A DNA stretch of 64,000 nucleotides, from NCBI GenBank assembly GCA_963717075.1, contig CAVQVI010000023.1, positions 16,778 through 80,777 on the forward strand, read 5' to 3'. The notes below the pieces were generated by a model. It was given only the letters and a program-made list of their open reading frames with translations, did no database searches and was not told where the DNA came from. Positions 47,237-64,000 of this stretch are shown piece by piece. This stretch comes from an uncultured Acidobacteriota bacterium. Its GTDB lineage: Bacteria; Acidobacteriota; Vicinamibacteria; Vicinamibacterales; CAVVIG01. Every line of letters begins with the position of its first letter. The stretch's first letter is position 1. Both the position numbers and the translations under genes were made by a program.

Positions 47237-48997
47237 ATGCGTCGACTATTAGTCGTCTCCACTCTGAGCGCCGCCTGTAGCCTCGTCGCGGCCTGCGGTT
47301 CCGGCCTCAACAAGGGTGCCGCGACGGTTTCGCCGATCGCTCCCGCGGCCGTGCAGGTTGCCGCCCCCGTGGAGCCAGCGGTCACCCCTCCGCCTGCGCT
47401 GGTGGTCGATCCGGTTGTCACGCTCATCGCCACTTCAGACGAGCATTTCAAGGCCGGCCAGCTGGAACTGCATCAGGGACACGTCGAAGGTGCCCGTCAG
47501 GAATTCGACAAGGCGGTCACCGTTCTGCTGGAGTCGCCGTTTGGCGGACGCACCGAACCGCGGCTTCGCGAGTATTTCGATCGCCTCATCGATCGCATCA
47601 GCACCTACGAAGTGAAGGCGCTCGCCGAAGGCGACGGCTTCACGGAGAAGAAATCGGAACCGGCGTCGATCGACGAATTGCTCGCGCTCTCTGCGACGCT
47701 GATTCAGCCGCCGCCGACGCCCGAACTGCACGAGGCAATCGAAGCCCAGCTGCGGACCGCCGAGCACGACATTCCAATTCCGCTCAACGCCCGGGTGCTC
47801 GCCTTCATCGAGCTATTCCAGGGACGTCTTCACAACTTCCTGCAGGACGGGATGCAGCGGGGCAGCAAGTATCTGCCGATGATTCAGAAGGTCTTCCGCG
47901 CCGAGGGTCTGCCGCTCGACCTCGCGTACGTCCCGCTCGTCGAGAGCGCGTTCAAGCCCAACGCACTGTCGCGTGCGAAGGCAAAGGGCGTCTGGCAGTT
48001 CATGCGTGGCACCGGGCTCGAGAACGGGCTGCGGCAGGACTGGTACGTCGACGAGCGATCGGATCCGGAGAAAGCGACGCTCGCCGCGGCGAAGTATCTC
48101 GGCACGCTTGCTGAGATGTTCGATGGCGACTGGCACCTGGCGCTGGCCTCCTACAATGGCGGCCCCGCGTGTGTTCAGCGCGCCGCCAGGCACGCCCGAT
48201 CGGATGATTTCTGGGTGATCGCTTCCAAGAGGAACCTGCTTCCGCGCGAGACCCGCGACTACGTGCCGATGATTCTTGCGGCCGTGGTGATCGCGAAGAA
48301 TCCCGAGCAGTACGGGTTCAGTTTCGAGCCCGAGCCGCCACTCGCCTACGAAACCGTCGTGTTGCCAAAGCCCGTCGACTTGCGCCGTGTGGCGGAGTGG
48401 GCGGACACGACCATCGACGAGCTCCAGTCGATGAATCCGGAGCTGCGCCGCTGGACGACGCCAGTCAAGGACACGGGCTATGAGCTGAAGGTGCCCGTGG
48501 GGGTGGCGCACGTCGTGAACGCGCGGCTCGACGAGTCGACCAGCGGCAACGACGCCGTGCTGGCCTCGCTCAAATGGTACACGGTGAAGAACGGCGAGAG
48601 TCTCGCGACGATCGCAAAGAAATTGCGTGTGAGCCGGACTGATCTTGCCGAAGCGAATTTTCTGAAGGTCGCCTCGAAAGTGACCGTTGGCCAGCAGCTC
48701 GTGGTTCCTCAGCAGCCGACCGTCTTGATGGCGGCGCAAACGGATCGCCCAATTCCCCCAACGGACTCTCGCGCCATTGAGGCAGCTTTCGCCGTTCCCG
48801 CGGTCGCGACGAACGAGACGTACCGCGCCGACGCCGAGCGCGCCAAGATCATCTATGAGGTCAAGCAGGGGGACACGCTCTCGTCTATCGCGCGCGTCTT
48901 CAGCACCAGCGTTGCCTCCATCAGGAACTGGAACCGGCTCCAGGGGAACACGATTCGGGCTGGCGCACGTCTCACCATCTACTCCTCGGCGCGCTAA
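47237..48997 (+). CDS. mltD: Membrane-bound lytic murein transglycosylase D-like lipoprotein with two LysM domains
   Basis: Lipobox LVAAC, SLT core (ESAFKPNALSRAKAKGVWQFM...ASYNGGP), and two LysM repeats (YTVKNGESLATIAKK..., YEVKQGDTLSSIARV...). Confidence 0.85.
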   Translation: MRRLLVVSTLSAACSLVAACGSGLNKGAATVSPIAPAAVQVAAPVEPAVTPPPALVVDPVVTLIATSDEHFKAGQLELHQGHVEGARQEFDKAVTVLLESPFGGRTEPRLREYFDRLIDRISTYEVKALAEGDGFTEKKSEPASIDELLALSATLIQPPPTPELHEAIEAQLRTAEHDIPIPLNARVLAFIELFQGRLHNFLQDGMQRGSKYLPMIQKVFRAEGLPLDLAYVPLVESAFKPNALSRAKAKGVWQFMRGTGLENGLRQDWYVDERSDPEKATLAAAKYLGTLAEMFDGDWHLALASYNGGPACVQRAARHARSDDFWVIASKRNLLPRETRDYVPMILAAVVIAKNPEQYGFSFEPEPPLAYETVVLPKPVDLRRVAEWADTTIDELQSMNPELRRWTTPVKDTGYELKVPVGVAHVVNARLDESTSGNDAVLASLKWYTVKNGESLATIAKKLRVSRTDLAEANFLKVASKVTVGQQLVVPQQPTVLMAAQTDRPIPPTDSRAIEAAFAVPAVATNETYRADAERAKIIYEVKQGDTLSSIARVFSTSVASIRNWNRLQGNTIRAGARLTIYSSAR

Positions 48998-49273
48998 CCT
49001 GTCCCTGCGCTAACCTGTCCATCGGCGGCTCGACCGACGTCCACGCAAGTCGCGAGATGGCACCCGACGTCTATCGCCCGGTAGTCAGCGCGGGTTCACG
49101 CCGGCCCGCCCGTTACAGGTCAGGCGTCTCTTCCGTCCTCACACAAGACACGTCTGCCGCGCAGATCCGGACCCTGCGAACACCCCGAGTGTGCATTTCC
49201 TGCGATCGCGCGTTCCGACCAGTTCGTAACTCGTTGAGTGGCTTGAGGGGCGACGTGGGCATCCGATTGCACC

Positions 49274-50800
49274 TTGCCCGGCATGCTCGCGAGCTTGCGA
49301 ACCGCAGCGTTATTTGGGGTTGAGGTCTCCCCCGTGCACGTTGAAGTCGATGTCTCGTTCGGTCTGCCCATGTTCACCATGGGGGGGCTGCCGGATGCGA
49401 GCGTGCGCGAGAGCCGCGACCGCGTGAAGAGCGCTATTCGCAATTCCGGCTTCGAGTTTCCGCCTCACCGTGTCACGGTCAACTTGGCGCCGGCCGACGT
49501 GCGCAAAGCCGGGTCCTCATTTGATCTTCCGATTGCGCTCGGCGTTCTTGCCGCGCAGGGGGTCGTCGAGCGGCGTGCGATCGACGACCTCGTCGTGGTC
49601 GGCGAGCTGTCGCTCGACGGCTCGATTCAGCTGGCGCGCGGCATTCTTCCCATTGCGGCTGCCGCGCGCCGCGAAGGCTTGCGAGGTATTCTGCTCCCGC
49701 GGGGAAACGCCTGCGAGGCGGCAGTCGTCGCGGACTTGGACGTCCTCGCGGTGTCGACGCTGGCCGAGGCCGTCAGGGCGCTCAACGATCCCCGCACGGC
49801 CCCGAGCCCGCCACCCATGCTCCCGTCGCAGCCAGCCAGGACCGATGGTACGCCCGACTTCTCCGATGTGCGCGGGCAGCTGCTCGCACGCCGGGCCCTT
49901 GAGGTCGCATCAGCTGGCGCTCACAACCTGTTGCTCGTCGGTCCACCTGGCGGCGGGAAGACAATGATGGCGAGGCGGCTGGGAGGCATTCTCCCACCAC
50001 TCACCTTCGAGGAGGCGATCGAAGTGACCGCGGTGCATTCGGTCGCCGGACTGCTGCCGCTTGGCGCAGGCCTCGTCTCGGAGCGTCCGTTCCGCGCGCC
50101 CCACCACACCATCTCCAATGTGGCACTCATCGGCGGCGGTGCGCAGCCGCGTCCTGGGGAGGTGAGCCTCGCACACCACGGGGTACTGTTTCTGGATGAA
50201 ATGCTCGAGTTCAGTCGATCGGTACTCGAAGTGCTGCGTCAGCCGCTCGAAGAAGGCACGGTGACGATTGCCCGTGCCGTACGAACCGCGATCTTCCCGG
50301 CCCGGTTTGTTCTCGTGGGTGCCATGAACCCGTGCCCGTGCGGCTTCGCTGGCGACCCGCGTCGCGAATGCCGCTGCACACCACAGCAGATCGCGCGTTA
50401 TCGGAGCCGGCTGTCGGGCCCGTTGCGCGACCGGCTGGACCTCACGGTGGAGGTTCCCGCCGTGGCGCCGGATGCACTTGGCCGATCGACGTCCGGCGAC
50501 GAATCATCGTCGTCGGTCCGGGCGCGCGTGGTCGCGGCGCGCGAGCGGCAGCGAGAGCGCTACAGCGGCGCGACTGTGCGAACGAACGCTGAGCTGACGC
50601 CGTCGCTCCTCGCTCGCTATTGCCAGCTCGATCGGTCGGGCGCTACTCTGCTGGCCGCTGCAGTCGCCAGGCTGGCCCTCAGCGCGCGGGCGTACGATCG
50701 CGTGCTGAAGGTAGCGCGCACGATCGCGGATTTGTCGGGTTCAGACACCATCGACGCCGATCATCTCGCCGAGGCCCTGCAGTTCCGTATGCCCGTGTAA
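49274..50800 (+). CDS. comM: Mg-chelatase-like ATPase YifB/ComM
   Basis: Lon-like N-terminal domain (VHVEVDVSFGLPMFTMGGLPDASVRESRDRV), Walker A GPPGGGKTM and the C-terminal ChlI domain. The start is likely MLASL at 49283. Confidence 0.9.
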   Translation: MPGMLASLRTAALFGVEVSPVHVEVDVSFGLPMFTMGGLPDASVRESRDRVKSAIRNSGFEFPPHRVTVNLAPADVRKAGSSFDLPIALGVLAAQGVVERRAIDDLVVVGELSLDGSIQLARGILPIAAAARREGLRGILLPRGNACEAAVVADLDVLAVSTLAEAVRALNDPRTAPSPPPMLPSQPARTDGTPDFSDVRGQLLARRALEVASAGAHNLLLVGPPGGGKTMMARRLGGILPPLTFEEAIEVTAVHSVAGLLPLGAGLVSERPFRAPHHTISNVALIGGGAQPRPGEVSLAHHGVLFLDEMLEFSRSVLEVLRQPLEEGTVTIARAVRTAIFPARFVLVGAMNPCPCGFAGDPRRECRCTPQQIARYRSRLSGPLRDRLDLTVEVPAVAPDALGRSTSGDESSSSVRARVVAARERQRERYSGATVRTNAELTPSLLARYCQLDRSGATLLAAAVARLALSARAYDRVLKVARTIADLSGSDTIDADHLAEALQFRMPV

Positions 50801-51128
50801 GTCGGAGACCTTTTGGCCGTAGGCCTCGTTTCGCCCGTGTGGTGCCAGCCGTGCGCGGTCTTTGGTTGGGTGGACTCCACGGACACTGCGCGCAACGCCG
50901 CGCCAAAGTGGCGAAGTTGGTGGCAGTCCGCGTGGGCATGCCTCAGGACGGCGGGTGATTCATGTCGGGCTGTTTTCGCCAGCTGTTCGCTTGTCGCCAC
51001 TTTCTCGTTGGACGAGGGTTTTCCCTGTGATACAGTTTTGCCTCTTTGGTGCTGCCCGGATCGCACCTCGTCTCGCTAATCTCCGATCGTTAGAGAACTT
51101 GGAGCGGAGGCGAAAGACCGTTTTCAGT

Positions 51129-52049
51129 ATGGGTATGCGTTCTCGTCGGTACACAGTGCTCATCGCGGATCGTTCGACCGGCGTTCTCCGCCGCGTCACG
51201 ATTAGTCTGCGTGCGGTGCTGACCGGTGCGGCGGTTGTTGTCCTGTTGCCTGTGTTGATTGGTCTTGGCGCACGATGGCAGGCATTGGGAGAGATCAGCC
51301 AGCTGCGCACAGAGAATTACGCACTTGGAGTGGAGAACGGCAATTTCCGCGCCACGACCGGCGAACTCACGACACAAATTCAGTCGCTCGAGAGCGTCAT
51401 CGACGATCTTGGCGCGCGAGCATCGGTCGATCCACAGCAGGCTCGCGCCATGCAGCGCCTCCCGGCCCTGGTCAAGGCAAGGGCTGCCGGGGGCAGCGCG
51501 CAACCGAACGCCGTGGTCTCGAGCATCTTCTCATCGCTGACCAACCCGGAAGATACCTTCGGCGTGCTCCGCGATCTGCTCCGCGGCCTCGAGAGCCGTT
51601 TGAGCTACGTCCGACGCGACGTCGAGCGCCAGGAACGCTTGGCAGCGGCCACGCCCTCCATCTGGCCGGCCCATGGCTGGCTGACGGGCACTTTTGGCGG
51701 CCGGTCGGATCCGTTCACAGGCGAGCCAGGGTTCCACCAAGGTCTCGACATTTCAACGGGCAAGGGCCAGCCGGTCTACGCGACAGCCGACGGCATCGTG
51801 GAGTCGGCGTCCTACACTGGCGATTACGGCAACCTCGTTGTGCTGAAGCACGACTTCGGTCTGGCGACGCGCTACGGGCACCTGAGTTCCTTCAAGGTCA
51901 GCGTCGGCTCGTCGGTGAAGCGCGGCGACACCATCGGATACGTCGGGTCGAGCGGTCGCTCGACCGGCACACATCTCCACTACGAAATTCTCGCGAACGG
52001 TCAGCTGCTCAACCCTCTGCAACTGCTCACACAACCTGCGAAGCGCTGA
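51129..52049 (+). CDS. M23 family metallopeptidase (murein endopeptidase) with membrane anchor and coiled coil
   Basis: HQGLDI...YGNLVVLKH...GSSGRSTGTHLHYEI motifs. Start at MGMRSRRYTVLIA; the track ORF begins 267 nt upstream in unlikely sequence. Confidence 0.8.
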   Translation: MGMRSRRYTVLIADRSTGVLRRVTISLRAVLTGAAVVVLLPVLIGLGARWQALGEISQLRTENYALGVENGNFRATTGELTTQIQSLESVIDDLGARASVDPQQARAMQRLPALVKARAAGGSAQPNAVVSSIFSSLTNPEDTFGVLRDLLRGLESRLSYVRRDVERQERLAAATPSIWPAHGWLTGTFGGRSDPFTGEPGFHQGLDISTGKGQPVYATADGIVESASYTGDYGNLVVLKHDFGLATRYGHLSSFKVSVGSSVKRGDTIGYVGSSGRSTGTHLHYEILANGQLLNPLQLLTQPAKR

Positions 52050-52228
52050 CGCCAGACTTGAAGGTGGGGCCTGCGTCCGACTGAACGCCCGACCGCTGAA
52101 GCTCGGGCCTACGACACTGGCTGACGCTCGGGCCTACGACACTGGCTGACGCTGGGACGACTCGTAGGCCCGACCTTCAGGTCGAGCGCCACTGGGACGA
52201 CTCGTAGGCCCGACCTTCAGGTCGGGCG
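52050..52228. repeat. Cluster of REP-like elements (2 reverse-type, 2 forward-type) with two short tandem duplications
   Basis: CGCCAGACTTGAAGGTGGGGCCTGC, CGCCCGACCGCTGAAGCTCGGGCCTAC, and twice (CTGGGACGACTC)GTAGGCCCGACCTTCAGGTCG(A/G)GCGCCAC. Lies between the M23 stop and secA. Confidence 0.85.
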
Positions 52229-52293
52229 CCACAGAGCGCCGCAGTGACATCTGCTACAATCACGGGATACCCACGGGGCCGCCCACGCCGTAG

Positions 52294-55259
<2,966 letters not shown>

Positions 55260-55267
55260 GAGCACGC

Positions 55268-56813
<1,546 letters not shown>

Positions 56814-56837
56814 TCGGACACCGGCGTGAGGCATTTG

Positions 56838-56912
56838 GCGCCCGACCTAAAGGTCGGGCCTACGATCATGCCTGAGACAGCTGCGTCGTAGGCCCGACCT
56901 TCAGGTCGGGCG
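56838..56912. repeat. REP-like element pair (reverse then forward) between guaB and tsaE
   Basis: GCGCCCGACCTAAAGGTCGGGCCTAC (56838-56863) and GTAGGCCCGACCTTCAGGTCGGGCG (56888-56912). The tsaE stop (56913-56915) abuts the second copy. Confidence 0.85.
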
Positions 56913-57333
56913 TCACCCGTCGATAATCCGAATGGTCCGCGTCGAGTCGTCGCCGTGGGCGATCTCGACGCTGATCGCGTCCGCAAACGGCCGCGGAAGA
57001 CGATCCGGCCATTCGATGGCCGTTACCCCTCCCGCAAGCGTCAGTTCATCCAGGCCGAGGTCGTCGACTTCGAACGGCCGCAGGCGGTACAGGTCGACAT
57101 GATACAGCGCGAGGCGTCCGCCCCGATATTCCTGTATGACCGTGAACGTCGGACTGCTGACCTCGCCCGGATCAATGCCAAGGCCTTCGGCGAGACCTCG
57201 AACGAAGGCGGTCTTACCGGCTCCGAGGTCGCCCGAGAGCAGTACGACCGCCCCGCCCTCGAGGGTCGTCGCCAGCTGCTCGCCCGGCTGACGCGGTCTC
57301 GGATTCCGAATGGGTCGTGAGGATCCGTGACAT
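56913..57333 (-). CDS. tsaE: tRNA t6A biosynthesis ATPase TsaE (YjeE), with an apparent frameshift about 12 codons in
   Basis: Absent from the ORF track. The minus strand reads MSRILTTHSESET, then in another frame RQPGEQLATTLEGGAVVLLSGDLGAGKTAFVRGLAEGLGI...YHVDLYRL...IEWPDRLP...IRIIDG stop. Confidence 0.7.
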
Positions 57334-57426
57334 CTTAGGACCCCTGCTCACGACGATCACCGCAGGTGCGTAGATCTCAAACGTGAGACTTTGCGCGATG
57401 TGCGGCCTCCGCGGTGATTGTCGTTT

Positions 57427-59007
57427 TCAGAATGATCCGCCCCGGTCTTCAGCCTTCCGACGCCCGGTGAGGTCCATGATCGCGTCGCCGAGATGCGCCG
57501 CGAGATCGCCTGCTGTCATCGCCACTTCGCCCTCGTCGTCCTCAGCAAGGTCGCCGGCCAGGCCATGCAGGTACACGGCGAGCTTGCAGGCGGCCTCGGC
57601 ATCGAGCAATTGAGCGAGCCAGGCGGCGATCATCCCTGTCAGGACATCTCCGGTGCCGCCCGTTGCCATGCCAGGGTTTCCCGTGGGATTGATGAACACC
57701 TTCTCGTCGGGCGTCGCAATCAGCGTCCGATGCCCCTTCAGCACGACGTACACGTGGTGCGCGACCGCGAAATTCCTTGCGATCTCCAGGCGGCTGGACT
57801 GCACCTCGTCGGTCGACATGCCGACGAGGCGTGCCATTTCACCCGGATGCGGGGTGATGACGACGTCCCGCCCCTCACGTCCAGTGAGCCGGTCCGGATC
57901 GTCCGCGAACGCGTTCAATCCGTCTGCATCGATCACGACTGGCATCGTCGCGCGATCGAGGAGCGCCTGGATGAATGCCCGCGTGGAGCGGCCCTGGCCG
58001 AGTCCCGGGCCAATGGCGACGACGTCGCGCGCAAGATCAAGCACTCGATCGACGGCCCTGGGATCGAGCCCGTCATGGCCTTCCTCAATCGCCTCCGTCA
58101 TGTACTCGGCGCCCAGCGACGCCACCACGGCTTGACAGCCGGCGCCGTCGCCACCGTCACGAGCCCGGCGCCCGACCGCAGCGCGCCGACGGCCGCCAGG
58201 TGCGCCGCGCCCGTCTTCCCCCGCGACCCGGCAACGATGAGCACGCGCCCGTAGTCGCCCTTGTGTGTATCGGCGGCACGCGGCGTGATGAGCTCGCGCA
58301 TCGAGCCCCGCGTGAGCAGGTCGACGCGCGGGCCGTCGATCGCGTCGAAAATCTCGGACGGAATGCCGATGTCGGCAATGACGATGTCGCCGGCGCGCGT
58401 TTCGGCCGGCGGCAGCACCAGGCAGAGCTTCGGCGCCCCAAGCGTCACGGTCATGTCCGCCTCGATCGATGGACCGATCAGCTCGTGCGAGTCGGCCGAC
58501 AGACCCGACGGCAGATCGATGGCGACGACCGGGATGCCGGATCCGTTGACGTCGGCGACGACCGTTTCCATCAGACCGGACAACGGTGCGTTCAGGCCGG
58601 TGCCGAAGATCGCGTCCACGATCAGCGTGCAGTCGCGAATTTCCGTAGAAGTGCAGCTCCCACGCCTGGCTGTCGGCAATCTCGACGACCGCGAGGCCAA
58701 GCCGACCCAGGATCTCGAGGTTCGTTCGCGCGTCGCCGCGAATCTCGGCGACACGTCCGATCAGGAACACCGAGACGTCCACGCCGCGCTGCACCAGCGT
58801 GCGCGCCACGACGAAGCCGTCGCCGCCGTTGTTGCCGCGGCCGCAGAGCACAGCGACCTGTCGCTCGAGGAGATCGCTGTGGACCGCCTCGATCGCCGCG
58901 ACGACCTGACGGCCGGCGTTCTCCATCAGGACGAGCGACGGAATGCCGATCTCTTCGATCGTCCGGCGATCGGCTTCCCGCATCTGAGCCGAGTTCAGGA
59001 CGCGCAT
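57427..59007 (-). CDS. nnr: Bifunctional NAD(P)H-hydrate repair enzyme Nnr (epimerase plus ADP-dependent dehydratase), with two apparent frameshifts
   Basis: Epimerase part: MENAGRQV...CGRGNNGGDGFVVAR. The middle (IVDAIFGTGL...KGDYGRVLIVAGSRGKTGAAHLA) is in the ORF 58098..58754 frame. Dehydratase end: ITPHPGEMARL...GNPGMATGGTGDVLTG. Switches lie near 58650 and 58130. Confidence 0.8.
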   Translation of the reverse strand: MRVLNSAQMREADRRTIEEIGIPSLVLMENAGRQVVAAIEAVHSDLLERQVAVLCGRGNNGGDGFVVARTLVQRGVDVSVFLIGRVAEIRGDARTNLEILGRLGLAVVEIADSQAWELHFYGNSRLHADRGRDLRHRPERTVVRSDGNGRRRRQRIRHPGRRHRSAVGSVGRLARADRSIDRGGHDRDAWGAEALPGAAAGRNARRRHRHCRHRHSVRDFRRDRRPARRPAHAGLDARAHHAACRRYTQGRLRARAHRCRVAGEDGRGAPGGRRRAAVGRRARDGGDGAGCQAVVASLGAEYMTEAIEEGHDGLDPRAVDRVLDLARDVVAIGPGLGQGRSTRAFIQALLDRATMPVVIDADGLNAFADDPDRLTGREGRDVVITPHPGEMARLVGMSTDEVQSSRLEIARNFAVAHHVYVVLKGHRTLIATPDEKVFINPTGNPGMATGGTGDVLTGMIAAWLAQLLDAEAACKLAVYLHGLAGDLAEDDEGEVAMTAGDLAAHLGDAIMDLTGRRKAEDRGGSF

Positions 59008-59129
59008 CGGGCCAATGTCACCAGCCTCACTATCACCAGGACACGAAGGATACTACGTTAACGGAAGGTCTCTGCGTTCATGGTGCCCTTTGTGATGGAT
59101 CGGCGGCAGAGTGTGATGGTACTCTCGAC

Positions 59130-60045
59130 ATGATGGCTGCAACCGTCAACGTCAACGGGCGCGTCTTCGACGAGGCGAACGCGCGTCATTTCGGTCTTCG
59201 ACCACGGGTTTCTGTACGGCGAAGGCGTCTACGAGACGCTGCGCACCTACAACGGGCAGCCGTTTCTCTTCGATCGCCACATGCGGCGCCTGCGCCAATC
59301 GGCCGAGATGCTGACGCTCGATCGTTCCGCTTTCACGATGCCGAGATCGCGGCGCGCTTTCGCGACACGATGAGGGCCGCCGGACTCGGAACGGGCGACG
59401 GGTTGCACGAGGCGTACATCCGCGTGCTCGTGACGCGCGGCGTCGGCGAACTCTCCTACGATCCCGCAGCCTGCGCCGAGCCGTCGGTCGTCGTCATCGT
59501 CAAGCCGCAGGTGGACCCGCCTGCCGAGGTGTTCGAGCACGGCGTCCGGGTGGCGCTCGTCCCGATCGTCCGGAATCATCCGGGCTCGGTCAACCCGCTC
59601 ATCAAGTCGAACAACCTGCTGAACAACGCGCTCGCGATGCAGGAGGCGTTCCGGCGCGGCGCGTTCGAAGGGGTGATGCGCAACTATCGCGGCGAGCTGG
59701 CGGAGTGCACGACCGCCAATCTCTTCGTCGTGAAGGAACGGCGTGGCGCTGACGCCGCCGCATCGATGCGGGCCTGCTGCCGGGCATCACGCGCGAGTTC
59801 CTGTTCGAGATCGGCCCGGCGATCGGCATTCCCGTCCGCGAGCAGGTGCTGCGAGACGACGATCTGTTCGGCGCCGACGAAGCGTTTCTGACGAGCACGA
59901 CGCGCGAGGTCGTGCCGATCGTGCAGGTCGACGACAGGACGATCGGGACCGGCAAGCCAGGGCCGGTGACCAACGCGCTCCTGGCCGGCTTCCGCCAGCG
60001 CGCGCACGCCAGCGCGACCCGCAGTCGCCGGCCGCCTGCACGTAG
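59130..60045 (+). CDS. Class IV (branched-chain / D-amino-acid) aminotransferase, broken by at least 4 apparent frameshifts. The 3' end is uncertain
   Basis: Fragments in three frames: [18 protein letters not shown] / [41 protein letters not shown] / AEIAARF...[16 protein letters not shown]...[12 protein letters not shown]...ANLFVV / [14 protein letters not shown] / [25 protein letters not shown]. Possible stops lie in or after the REP at 60042. Confidence 0.65.
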
Positions 60046-60081
60046 GCCCGACCTTCAGGTCGGGCGTCGAGGACTCGACCC

Positions 60082-60111
<30 letters not shown>
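60042..60111. repeat. REP-like element pair (forward then reverse) between the convergent aminotransferase and gcvP
   Basis: GTAGGCCCGACCTTCAGGTCGGGCG (60042-60066) and GCGCCCGACCTGAAGGTCGGGCCTAC (60086-60111). Confidence 0.85.
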
Positions 60112-63007
<2,896 letters not shown>

Positions 63008-63037
63008 GGTGCTCTTACGGGGTTGCTCCGGACCCGA

Positions 63038-63436
63038 AGGCCCCTCGCTACGTCATTGAGGTCTTGATGAGGTCCGCGTACTGCGCTCGCGTCAAGGAGT
63101 GCGCCCGTCTCGCTCGGATTGGACAGCTTCAGTGCGATCATCCAGTTGCCGTGCGGGTCGGTGTTGACGACCTCTGGTTTCTCCTTCAGCGCGGTATTGA
63201 CCTCAACGACCTCACCCGACACCGGCGCGAAGAGATCCGACACCGCCTTCACGGATTCGATGCTGCCGAAGGACTGGCCGGCCTTCAGGATCGCGCCTAC
63301 TTCCGGCAACTCCAGATACACGACATCGCCGAGCTGCTGCTGCGCATACGTCCGTGATGCCGACCCGGCCGCGATCGCCGGCCAGTTCGATCCATTCGTG
63401 ATCTTTCGTGTACTTGAATGCCTCTGGATAGGCCAT
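63038..63436 (-). CDS. gcvH: Glycine cleavage system H protein, with two apparent frameshifts
   Basis: MAYPEAFKYTKDHEWIELAGDRGRVGITD / (YAQQQLGDV)VYLELPEVGAILKAGQSFGSIESVKAVSDLFAPVSGEVVEVN (lipoyl-Lys context ESVKA) / QYADLIKTSMT stop. Switches lie near 63345 and 63085. Confidence 0.8.
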
Positions 63437-63453
63437 CTATGCTCTCTCCTGAA

Positions 63454-63478
63454 CGCCCGAGCCGAAGCGCGGGCCTAC
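63454..63478. repeat. Degenerate REP-like element between gcvT and gcvH
   Basis: CGCCCGAGCCGAAGCGCGGGCCTAC: the same ends as the family consensus with a mutated stem. Confidence 0.6.
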
Positions 63479-63545
63479 GTCCCCTCGGCCGACCGAACGG
63501 CCGGGCCCTGCGAACCGATGTCAGCCGTGCCGAACCACGCCCGGC

Positions 63546-64000
63546 CTACGATCCCCGTGGCCGCTTGTAGAACGGCATCGGAACAACACCTGCCCGCGTT
63601 CGCCGCCCTCGGATATCGACGGTCGAACTCGGCGCCGGGCACCGCATGCGCCACGGGCAGGTACGCCATGCCGATCGCTTTCTTCAATGTCGGCGTCTGC
63701 GTGCCGCTCGTCACGTATCCGACCTTCGCATCGCCGACGTAGGCGTCGTGGCCCTGGCGCGCAATGCCCCGCTCGAGCATCTCGAATCCGACGAGCTTTC
63801 GCGCCACACCGTCCGCCTTCTGCAGGCGAAGGACGTCCGATCCGACGAACTCGCCCTTGTGCCAGCCGACGATCCAGCCCAGGTCCGCTTCCAGGACCGT
63901 CGTCGTCTCGTCGATGTCGTTCCCGTGCAGGCGCATGCCGGCCTCGAGGCGCAACGTGTCTCGCGCGCCAAGCCCACAGGGAATCAGGCCTGCTGGCTCG
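63546..64000 (-). CDS. gcvT: Glycine cleavage system aminomethyltransferase GcvT, C-terminal part (5' end outside window), with one apparent frameshift near 63625
   Basis: ARDTLRLEAGMRLHGNDIDE...KLVGFEMLERGIARQGH...GYVTSGTQTPTLKKAIGMAYLP, then after a 1-nt shift VDIRGRRTRAGVVPMPFYKRPRGS stop. Confidence 0.8.

Noticed and set aside
49020-49273. Possible tRNA or small RNA in the 270-nt spacer upstream of comM (GGGTTCACGCC T-loop-like string), and in the 328-nt spacer at 50801..51128
   Set aside because: No cloverleaf can be drawn: the T-stem arms are not complementary, and there is no acceptor stem or anticodon arm. ORFs there (49057..49323, 50813..51079) look random (Cys/Trp/Arg-rich). These remain unexplained non-coding spacers. 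A weak promoter candidate, TTGGAC-17-TACAGT at 51008-51036, was not reported as a feature.

Overview
High-GC (roughly 65% by eye) chromosomal segment of a Gram-negative bacterium. Gene content and repeat style suggest an Acidobacteriota-like lineage, which I cannot verify here. All calls come from motif recognition in the supplied translations, with no database search.

The window is almost entirely core genes:
- lptA-lptB-rpoN-hprK-rapZ-EIIA(Man)-HPr-EI (+)
- ssb and a complete tolQ-tolR-tolA-tolB-pal-cpoB cluster (-)
- recN-miaB-nuclease-parA-parB (+)
- a GH57 glucan enzyme, lptF/lptG, a PHP hydrolase, metK, xerD, murQ and a serine hydrolase
- an ~11.5-kb type II secretion / type IV pilus-like cluster (31.4-43.0 kb)
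- a two-gene microcompartment satellite (BMC-H shell plus acylating aldehyde dehydrogenase)
- mltD, comM, an M23 peptidase, secA, guaB, tsaE, nnr, a class IV aminotransferase and gcvT-gcvH-gcvP

I saw no rRNA, tRNA, CRISPR array, transposase, prophage or recognisable defence/toxin system.

Observations worth a second look:
1. A 1.85-kb degenerate tandem array directly after parB, built from copies of the parB 3' end plus a hairpin-rich GC module.
2. A REP-like palindromic element family (GTAGGCCCGACCTTCAGGTCGGGCG) seen only from 41.7 kb onward. Some copies are read through by ORFs or supply stop codons.
3. An orphan BMC shell gene plus an AdhE-type aldehyde dehydrogenase with a C-terminal extension.
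4. A hybrid T2SS/T4P cluster whose secretin carries TPR and cohesin-like domains.
5. A long structured leader with an RBS-sequestering helix upstream of the LysM lytic transglycosylase.
6. Inverted octamer-repeat arrays around a pseudopilin start codon.
7. LptF and LptG in one reading frame.
8. An unusually high and uneven load of single-base reading-frame breaks in clearly essential genes (ptsI, secA, guaB, gcvP and others). This most likely reflects sequence errors rather than biology, and it limits confidence in every fine-scale claim.

The ORF track uses GTG/TTG starts translated as M and takes the longest ORF, so many listed starts are too far upstream. I corrected starts where signal peptides or gene overlaps made that clear.
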